From positions 8,649,778 to 8,713,777 of the forward strand of contig CM082597.2 in assembly GCA_040954595.2 (NCBI GenBank): a stretch of 64,000 nt of DNA, read 5' to 3'. The notes beneath the pieces were generated by a model. The model searched no databases and was not told where the DNA came from. It saw only the letters and a program-made list of their open reading frames with translations. Positions 54,340 to 64,000 of the stretch are shown piece by piece. Positions within the stretch are counted from its first letter, which is position 1, and each line of letters begins with the position of its first letter. The position numbers and the translations under genes were made by a program. Source of the stretch: Balanoglossus misakiensis. Lineage: Eukaryota; Animalia; Hemichordata.

Positions 54340-57145
54340 TTAAATGCTACCAGTGAGCTTGTTTGTCTTTGTAAATACACTCAAGTATTAATCCCCTTTT
54401 TCTCAGAATTCAATGCATCTTCATGCCATGAGGTGAGAGGACACTTTTGTTAGCAGGAGGGAAACAAATCCAAAATAAATAATAACAGTGCAAAGTTGGT
54501 CTGCTGACTTTCTCCACATTTCATTATTGAATTACGGCAAAATTATGAAATCCAATTATGAAATTCAGCTTTTTGTCCACTTTTTGTTGCTGCAAATTCA
54601 TTGCGGTATAAAGGTCAATAATATGACAAATCTTGGTTAAAAGTATACAGTCACCTTCAATACACATTCCCATATATGGCTGAATGGCGTATTTGAGCAT
54701 TCTAAAGAACATATGGTGGCGCCTGTTTTCCACGTGTGCCACCAAATGAAAATCTGTGATTGGCTAGATTTCAATTTTCCATGGTAACTATATATAGCTA
54801 ATTTTCCATGGGTGATCATATACCTTTAACTCTATAGTTTAACATGATACTTACGAACACATGATTGGTTAAAAGTGTAGACATCATACATTGAGAGACC
54901 AGTTTCTCCAGGTGGCAGATAGAATCCACCTGTGCCGTTATTTGCATATAAGAGATAGCCTTCTTCACAGGAACATTGAAAACCACCTGCAGTGTTTTTA
55001 CAAAGTTGATCACAAGAATGTGAAGCACATTCATTTATATCTACAAAGAAAGAACATGGATTGGATTAAAACAATGTACGTTCAGTAAAATTGAAAGTAT
55101 TGTCATTTCTTTTAATCGTGAATTTTGGGATTATCTTGTGTACGTACAAGATGAATCTGTGATAAAATAAAGGCGTCACCTTGCTTGCTTTTGAAATACA
55201 AGGCCATTAATTTAGTTGATAATAGAAGAAACCTGCTGACTCAGCATGGTTCACCAATGGTTTGTCTATGGACAAAAACCTTAAAGAAATTTATCTCAAA
55301 ATAGAGCATTGTAATCACACAATTTTATTTGACCAATGAATTTATATTTACTAGACTGAGCTATGTGTAAAATTTCGTGAAAATGACAATAGTAGAAGTT
55401 TGTTTTCTAGCAATTATCAATGTAATCCTATGAGAAAACGACACCTGAGATTAAAAGGTCATTCCAAAAATTTATCCGGAATTCTGAAATAAGTTCGGAA
55501 TGTGTTAAATGTGAAAATAGTGACTTGAAGTTATGTTGCAAGTGACTTGTTTATGTCTCACCTTTGCATGCTGTTCCATTCACATCTGGTTCAAATCCCA
55601 CCAAACATGCACACTGATAGTCACCATCTCTATTTTCACAGACTTGATTGATTCCACACCGTGCCACCAATGTACTACATTCATTGATATCTGAAATGTT
55701 ATTCATCAAGATATGATCAAAATCCCACAGGTCCGCTGGTAAATTCAGACCAACAAGTTTAGCTGGGAACCACCAGACCAACAGGAAATTTTCACAAACA
55801 AATTTTCGCGAACTATGCAAGAGCCCAAAAAAAAAAGACATTTTTGTGTAAAAAACTATTTTCAGTGATAACAATGTAGTGAAATACGAGAACATGAAAA
55901 TTAATCGTCTCATAACAGTTTCTGCTTTTGATATCGCAAAAAATTTCTTTGTCGCGAAAATTTCCTGTTTTACAGTAATCAATGAAAAATAAAATTACGA
56001 AAATCATGAAATTTCTGACAGCCATAGATTTGCATGGCATGAACTGTATGTCCTATCAGCATGTAGTTTAGGTGACATTTATGATAAATAGTCAAATTAC
56101 TGGAGTGATCGATTACGGTACCTCATAAGCAGACAACCACATGAAGACCAATCTTGATGTGAACTTACCAATGCATGATGGTATTGCACTATTCCACTGT
56201 AAATCGGATTGACAAGTCAGGTAATCAGCACCATTTAATTCATAGCCAGCATTACAATAGAATGTGATGTTACTGCCCATATAATATGGTCCACTATCAG
56301 GGACAGCTTGTAGATGTGGGTCTGTTATGAGTATATCACTGCAGTTCAATCCTGCAAGTAAAAAAAATAAAACACTATGTGGATGCAGACTTGATTGTGG
56401 TATATATATTGGGTATCTGTATTCTGTCACAACTTTAACATTTTCACCCCAAGTTCCCACTATAAAAGTCCAGATACCATTGACTCCTTTTTTTCAATTA
56501 TCGACTAAATTCATGACTCTGTATTTCAAAAACAAGCGTGGTGACCCCTATATTTTATCACAAATTTTCATTATACATACATAGGATAATCCAAAAATTA
56601 ACAATTAAAAGAAATGACCATATTTTCAATTTTACTGAATGTACATCCTTAAATGACTTACGTTGACAGTATCCTGGATCTCCAATCCATGATCCATCTT
56701 CACCACATGTAGAGACAGTGTAGCCAGTCAGACTGTAGCCAGATGGACATGAGTAGGCAACGGTTGTTCCAAAAATCAATGAATCACCATTAACAATTTC
56801 ATATGATAAGTAGTTGTCTACATTCGGTGGTGGACACTCGCTAGCTGTTTGGATAAGATGAACAGATAACATTACAAGTGTGTTAATACTAGGAAAATGG
56901 TTTAAAGGGACATGTAGCAGTAACCCTCACAATCCTGCATATTTTCAAGTTACCAGTGTCTGGTTTAACATTCAGTGTGTAATGTCCCAATTAGACACCC
57001 ATGTGGAATGTAGCAACCAGCACAAAGTGCCCCATCATAACGCTATGGAGAGAATTTCAACTTGAGTCAGTGATTTTTATGAAAACATGACAGTGAACAC
57101 CCTGTGTTATACTTTGTTTTCAAAACGACTCATCACACACTTTAA

Positions 57146-57445
57146 ACCCTCTAGAGCTGCCAAATTTCACAATTTTTTTCTTTTCCACAGTAAAACCTTT
57201 CAAATCTATGGTGATGCATACCACGATAGCTAGCTGCATACTGTTTGTATGGAGGCTGATTTTAATAAAATGGGTACGGCACCTGTTTAATACATTGCAC
57301 GTTTAAATTGCAACATACAGCCACAATCAGGCATTGATGACATGTTCTTGTATCCCTATCAGTAAGCTTAATTATTTCAATGTACCAATCTACGTCGGAA
57401 AATAAAATCTGAAAATAAATGCAAAAAGTGGCAGCTCTAGTGGCT
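57146..57445. mobile_element. TTAA-flanked MITE (piggyBac/Kolobok-like)
   Basis: TTAAACCCTCTAGAGCTGCCA...TGGCAGCTCTAGTGGCTTTAA. Confidence 0.65.
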
Positions 57446-58149
57446 TTAAAGCACTGAAAGGTTCAGAGGACTAACATTTTTCTGAAAATCCGTCTCCTAA
57501 GTGTGCACTACAATGGCAGTTTAATTGTTTTCAAAAATATCAACTTACGCTCGCATTGGGGCACAAGTGGACCCCAGACACCATCTGCTTGGCATTCCAA
57601 TGAAGACACATTATTTATAAACTGATAGCCCTCAATGCATTGATAATAAGCAATGCCACCATACACTGTACTGGTAACATTGGTAAGAATTCCATTGCAG
57701 CACTCAGGGGGTCCACCACATGTTATTCCTAAAAAATAAACAACAAATTAGTGTCATTCAAGTTGTTGCTAACAATAGATTCAAGAGACAAATTAAGTCT
57801 CTCTCATCACTGCACTTTTTTCATTAATTATCTTGGATACAAGACACCAGGCTAGGCATATTTGCATAGCTGGTACGACTTATACACGGCGAAAATGTTT
57901 TTTTTTTTCCTGAAAGAGTGACCTCAAAGCTACAAAATTATGTAGATATCAGCTAGACCGGACATCCCCTTTAACTACTGGATAACCGTCCGAGCATTGG
58001 AATGAGACAGAGACATCATACCTTCTATCTCTGTACTGGTCACCACGCCCTCACTAATCACAATTTCGGGACAGTCTGTCAGAACAAGGATCACAATGAT
58101 AAGAATGCATGCAGACAAATACTTAAACTCATAAATGTCAGTTGTTTTA

Positions 58150-58376
58150 AAGTGAAGGGGTCGTCGCAATGCGTTTGTTTATAAACATTACAATTCATCC
58201 ACAAATCCCTCAAATAAAATAATTCTTAGAATGAACGAAGCAGCTGACAGTATCCTAGACTGTCCATGACAGCAACTGAAGATCCTAGTAGGTCGTGGCT
58301 GTCTAATTTCAGGGATTTGTGGATGAATTGCAATGTTTATAAACAAACAAACGCAGTGCGACGACCCCATCACTTT
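58150..58376. mobile_element. Palindromic MITE
   Basis: AAGTGAAGGGGTCGTCGCA...AATTCATCCACAAATCCC / GGGATTTGTGGATGAATT...TGCGACGACCCCATCACTT. Confidence 0.8.
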
Positions 58377-58593
58377 ATTGAGTGTGATACAAGAGTGTTG
58401 CCATTCCTGTCAATGGTCCAAAATTGCATTGCAATTGTAAGAAATTACTGTCTCTGTTTTTCCAGCTCTTTGAAGTTTCGTAAAAATTCAAAAACATTTG
58501 CACCTTTCAATTAATGACTCTAAATCACAAGGAATAAAGGGAGAGTGTGTTTCTAAGAATTCTGTAACAACTTTTTCTGAAATGTTAGTAAGT

Positions 58594-58804
58594 TACTGTA
58601 AAACACTTTATTTTCGCGAGCAAGAGATTTTCGCGAAATACGCGAGAGCCAAAATAGCGTGAAAATAAAAAGTTGCGTAATTTTTTTGAAGATAAAGATG
58701 CAATGAATGAAATAAGAGAACGCGAAAATTAATACTGGCGAAACAGTGGCCTCTCTCGATGTCGCGAAAAATTTCAACTCGTGAAAATAAAGTGTTTTAC
58801 AGTA
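58594..58804. mobile_element. MITE family of about 210 bp (TA-flanked CTGTA...TACAG, CGCGAAA subrepeats); other copies at 34015-34216, about 55790-55978, 59033-59230, 59274-59483 and about 62745-62785
   Basis: TACTGTAAAACACTTTATTTTC...GAAAATAAAGTGTTTTACAGTA. Confidence 0.85.
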
Positions 58805-60059
58805 TGTGTACCTGGTGAAAATGAAGCCCTGAATCCTTTAGCTGGTCGTGTTCTACTACTCCTGAACACAACCGAAAAGTGTCCAATGTCTGTACGGCAA
58901 TCGGGTGGTGGCACTGTGCCATCAATGACTCCATCAGAATTGCCACTCCATGGACCAATAATGACATCATCATCACTCTCAGTACCATTGTATACCTTCA
59001 GAAACAAAGACAAATTAAGCATGCATTGTAAATACCGTAAAACGGGAAATCTTCACAACAGGAAATTTTCGCGATATCAAAGGTGGCTACTGTTACGCGA
59101 CAATTAATTTTCACATTGGCATATTTTACTGCATTGTTATCTCTGAAGCATTTTAAGCGACTTTTTATTTTCATATTTTTTGGCTCTCACATAGTTTACG
59201 AAAATTTATCGTTCACGAAAATTTTATAGTATTCAATCCTTGTTGCATTTCCTGCTGTAACAGCTACTCAACATACTGTAAAATGGGAAATGTTCGCAAA
59301 CAATAAATTTTCGCGATCTACGTGAGAGCCATCAAAACATGAAAATAAAAAGTTGCGTAAAAATGTTTTTCGGGGATAATGATGCAGTGAAATACAAGAA
59401 CGTGAAAAGTTATTGTTGCATAACACTTGCCTCTTTTGATAACGCGAAAATTTCATGTTGCAAAAGTATCCCGTTTTTCAGTATATATGTGATTAATTAA
59501 ATTTCCAAATTGTGTTCCAAAGTTGTATAGTTTGAAGTAATGTCTGCCAAAATTGTCAAACTAAAATCACTGCAAAATAATATGACAATTTTTTTAATAT
59601 GACAAATATTTTTAACATGGCTGACTCATGATCATATCTGATACTCACAATGATGTAATCAACATCTGTGTTCCTCTCTAATCCAAAGTTCTCATCAAAG
59701 ATAAGAGTTAATGGTCTTCCAGTTGGTTCCTTGATTAACCAGCTACACATAACATCATCAGGGTAAGTGCTAACATCATACCCTGGTGACTGAATCGTGC
59801 CAAAACTACGCAGAATTTCAATTCCCTGGCAACCTTTAAAGAAACAAGTGACCTATCGGTCAAAAGAGCTCTGCTGACTTTAACAGTGAAACCTATAGCT
59901 GGGCAATGATATGAATACCCTAGGTTTTAATCATAACAATTGTATTCTATTAAACAAAACCAAACATAGACATCACAAGTATTTAATATCCACATTCAGC
60001 CTGATTCATTGTGCTAAAGAAAGAAAGAATTTATTCCTAAAGAACAACATCAAAAGGAA

Positions 60060-60591
60060 GTACCAAGGTACTAATTTGCATATTCATGACCCGATCAAAA
60101 TTCCAATAAAACAAAATCAGGTAGGGGCACCATAACACACATTCTACCAAATTTCAGCTCCATCGTACATGTAGTTAGGGAGAAGAAGATTTTTTACCAA
60201 AAATTATATTTTTAGATCTAATTTGCATATTCATGACCCGATCATATCCAAATTTATGAAATCAGGTAGGGGCACCATAACACACATTCCTGCCAAATTT
60301 CAGCTCCATCGTACATGTAGTTAGGGAGAAGAAAATGTTTGACCAACATTCTATTTTTAGATCTAATTTGCATATTTATGACCCCATCAAATCCAAATTT
60401 ACAAAATCAGGTAGGGGCACCATAACACACATTCCTACCAAATTATAGCTAAATATGCAATGTCGTTTTAACGAAGAAGATTGAAATACCGAAAGTTGAC
60501 GGACGACGGACAACGGACGCCGGACGACAGACGGACACTTATCAACCTACTGCTACAGCTTGGCTGACACAAGTGACAGCCAAGCTAAAAA
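60060..60591 (-). mobile_element. HINE/Helentron-like non-autonomous element
   Basis: Minus strand TTTTTAGCTTGGCTG...CAGCCAAGCT hairpin, a (GTCC)n-like microsatellite, then about three tandem repeats of about 146 bp (AAATCAGGTAGGGGCACCATAACACACATT). Confidence 0.7.
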
Positions 60592-63376
60592 TACCAAACA
60601 AGGAATAATGAATTCAATCCACAGGTTTGGTGTAATCCTGGCTGCCTTTTATTTTGTGCTAGGGGATCAAATCACATAATAATTGCCTTCTGGATAAAAA
60701 GTCGTACGCGACAGAAGAAATGACTGTTAACTGTATATGACTTCCTTAGGTCAAACCTTTCTGTCGTTATACATGTAGTTATCAAATTAAACTCATTTAA
60801 CTTTTTTCACATTTTGTTATTTTTTCTGTTAAAAAGTTCCATAATGACCCAGTATCAGATTAGCTTATATTATAAACTTCCAGAAAGAATGGCAAAAGAA
60901 GATAGATCTGTGATCCTTACAATTCTTACTGGGTTGAAATTCTTTGGGAATGATTTTAAGTGATTTAAAGGGACAAAGTTTCTCTCACTCGCTGCCCTTT
61001 TTCCATTAACTATGTTTGATACAAGACACTGTTTATGTTATTCTACATGTGGATATATAGTGAATCAACATTCAACCACGCACAACTTCCATCCCGTTTG
61101 TAGGATATGAGAGTAAAAATATTGCCAAAATGAATAAACGGTAGAGACCAATTATTCATTTTGGCGAGTTTTTTCACTCTTGTGTCTACAAGTGGGATGG
61201 AAGTTGTTTGTGGTCAAACGTTGTTTCAATATATATCCACATGTAGAATAACATAAACGCTGTATTGTATCATCATAATTCCTGGAAAAAGGGTAGCGAG
61301 AGAGAGTGTTTGTCCCTTTAAAACATTGTTCTCTTGCATCATGAATCCTTGATTGCCTCTTCATTCAAACAACGTCTTGATCAATTTGAATGCGTTACCT
61401 ACCTGCCCAGTAATGTACATGAAAACCTCTCATTGTAACTGCATCATCACTCTTAATGTCAACTCTCATCATACTTTTGGAAGATATGATGACATTGGGT
61501 AACTCCATCCCAGAAAATAAAGCAAGTCTGAGGGCAGGATTCAGTTCAGCGCCATCGTATACAGACACTTGATCAGCCCCATCTTCTGTTGCAAAGGAGA
61601 TAAACGGAAAAGATATAAAAAATAGCATCAAAGACACTTTGCTCCCATTTGATATGTACATTTAAATGTGACATACCGTACAATCATAGTGATCACAATT
61701 TCCTACACAAAACCATTAAGGGGCAAAGTCTCTCTCTCTCTCGCTGCCCCTTTTCCATTAATTATCGTTTGATTATCGTTTATGTTATTCTAGATGTGGA
61801 TATATAGTGAATCAACATTCCATCCCGCTTCATTTTGGGCGAGATTTTTACTCTCATATCCTAAAAATGGGATGGAAGGTGTGTGTGGTCGAATGTTGAT
61901 TCACTATATATCCTCATGTAGAATAACATAAACGGTGTCTTGTATCAAACATAATTAATGGGAAAAGGGCAGCGAGAGAGAGAGACTTCGTCCCTATAAG
62001 GACACCTTTAGCATTGATGAGGTAATATAAGAATACATCTGATAAAGAATATTTTCACATCCCAATAAACCAAAATCCAAAACAACTGGAAGAGCCGTTT
62101 CTGACTTAAGTGGACTTTTGGACCAAAAATGTCTAAAACTACCCACCCCCCTCCTCCCCAGTATTGATATTTGTCACATGTTTATGTACACCATAATAAC
62201 AAATATTGTAGGTCCTTGTAAACCAAATTTTAAGAAATCGGAAAAGTGACTACTGAGAATTGACCAGAAATGACAAAAATAAAATGTATTTTTAAAAATA
62301 TAATTACTAATTTTTGTCATGCTGTAAAACAACTCACACAATTAATTGCATCTGAATCCACTACCTGTAAGGTGACAACAAATTCTGTTGTGAATGATGC
62401 CAGCTGTCTGTTACAATCTTCATTGTTGAGATAATTCTTGCCTTCAAAATATTCTGTACTGCTGAGATTCTGTTTATATGACTGTGCTATGAAATTCCCA
62501 CCACACAAAGAATACACTGAAAGAAAGAAGAAGTCATCTTAACAGAAACACTTCACAAACAGGACATCAGCAAGATCACAGTCGAGGTAGGGCAAATATT
62601 GCCTACATGTGCAATCTATAATGTTATACCAGGTTCACGTAGGGTAAAATTCGAAACGTTTCAGAGACACTATTTGCCTAAGGTAAACACAGAGCATTAA
62701 TGCTTTTAGTTGCCTTGTGTCCACACATGCAAAGTTTATGTGTAGTTCGCGAAAATTTATCGTTTGCGAAAATTTCCAGTTTTACATTATGTATAAAACT
62801 TGGTATTACCTGCTTGCCAAGATGCTTCAAAGCCAGTAGCAGTATGCGAACTACCTGAGAGAAATTTCACCAACATTGCATTACCACTGCTAATAACTTC
62901 ATCAGGCTGGTCCGGTCCACTGTATGTGGCAAGAACTTTGGATGGGTCAAACACAGACACCTCGACAATGACAACAGTATCATGATAAAGTTCAGTGTCA
63001 AAATGTAGAAACTGAAAAGAATAAAAAAATGTCACAACACACATCATAAATAGTGAGCTGTCTCAAGCCAATATACATGAAAATAAACACAGTTTCATGA
63101 CTTAAGCCCCATTAGCTGTAACTTTTTGCATTTTTCAGTATTTCTATTCTGTGTATCAATTATAGTTTCTTGTTCAGCTACGCAGGGCAGAGTTAAATCC
63201 ATAGTCTTAACTTCTCAACGAAACCTATGAGGGCACAATCGGCATTGTTGTTGTTTGAAAACATTCGTAAATAATAACAACAGTCAGTACACATACACAT
63301 GACTCGTTGACAAGCAGAGAGCTGGGTGTGATGGGTTACTCATGAGGAGAGGAACAAGAAAAAGTGTTTAATTTAA

Positions 63377-63562
63377 ATAATAACACATGATAGCGAGGGC
63401 AATATCACGATTTGAAGCCTGCATGAGGGATGGTGATCTCTGACCATAATATTGATGATGCCCGAGCCGCAGGCGAGGGTATCATCAATATTTTGGTCAG
63501 AGATCACCAGCCCGAGGGCAGGCTTCAAATCGTGATGTTGCCCGAGCATAATGTGTTATTAA
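63377..63562. repeat. Palindrome of about 185 bp (non-autonomous DNA element, possibly Crypton-like)
   Basis: AATAACACAT...GGGCAATATCACGATTTGAAGCCTGC... pairs with ...GCAGGCTTCAAATCGTGATGTTGCCC...ATGTGTTATT around a CGAGCCGCAGGCGAG loop. Confidence 0.8.
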
Positions 63563-64000
63563 TTTTATTACGCCGAACATTTGAACGTACATACACTGCA
63601 GCATGTAGCATGTAGACTCGCGTCCATATGTCGTACGTTGCTGAGAATGTAAAATGTCTCGATCTCCCAAGAATTATACGATACCTACTTCGAACTTAGA
63701 TTATTTTGAAAATACTGCGCTGTTGGTTGCGATTTTGGTGTATTTACTGCCCGTTTGCAGTAAAATATCATCCAGTAGAACAGGTGTTAAGCCTGTGTGT
63801 CGCTTTGAAGCCATATAGATGCGGGAGTTGACTGATCGTGAAGGAAGCCATTGAACGACAGTTTGGAACGCGCAGAAGTCGTGCCCAGAACACCAAAACA
63901 ACCAAGCGGGCAATATCAGCGCACGCGACAGGGCTTTATCAACTCTAGCCATGTTATATCACTTTTTTTTCTATATCACGTGAGCGCGTCTCAGCCAATC

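Larger units (their letters stand above)
54855..63011 (-). pseudogene. uif-like: Uninflatable-like CUB x3-Sushi x4-EGF(Ca) x2 gene segment, probably damaged. Exons 63011-62810, 62516-62365, 61604-61403 (acceptor mutated), 59833-59649, 58995-58812, 58075 to about 57974 (broken), 57728-57549, 56844-56662, 56351-56169, 55690-55562, 55040-54855
   Basis: GT-AG exons with compatible phases encode CUB (GTIQSPGY, GFEASW), Sushi (C..P...Y.C..GY...C...G.W...C) and DINEC EGF domains. The last EGF carries the insert GYLLYANNGTGGFYLPPGETG...NQSCV, recalled as characteristic of Drosophila Uif. Confidence 0.8.

Overview
AT-rich metazoan (invertebrate-type, intron-containing) genomic DNA dominated by transposons and repeats; the species cannot be determined from the sequence. 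From left to right: a Ty3/Gypsy LTR retrotransposon (minus strand, running off the left edge) inserted into an RTE-X-like LINE; an L2 LINE fragment; a decayed, intron-containing hAT transposase; a frameshifted last exon of a UBE2J1-like gene; a 4.46-kb composite of an AcademH-like element (9-bp TSD) with a long foldback element inside it; a tandem segmental duplication carrying short, well-signalled plus-strand exons of an unknown transcript, inside a nest of Helentron/HINE-like repeats and MITEs; a 50-bp minisatellite; an 11.8-kb satellite built from 90-bp and 74/75-bp units with higher-order structure; and a minus-strand CUB-CUB-CUB-Sushi x4-EGF x2 gene resembling uninflatable (uif), with several inactivating lesions. 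No rRNA, tRNA or CRISPR locus is supported. No clearly new functional system is demonstrated. The best leads are the composite AcademH/foldback element, the two-state satellite and the orphan short-exon transcript. Family and gene names come from motif recognition, not database searches.
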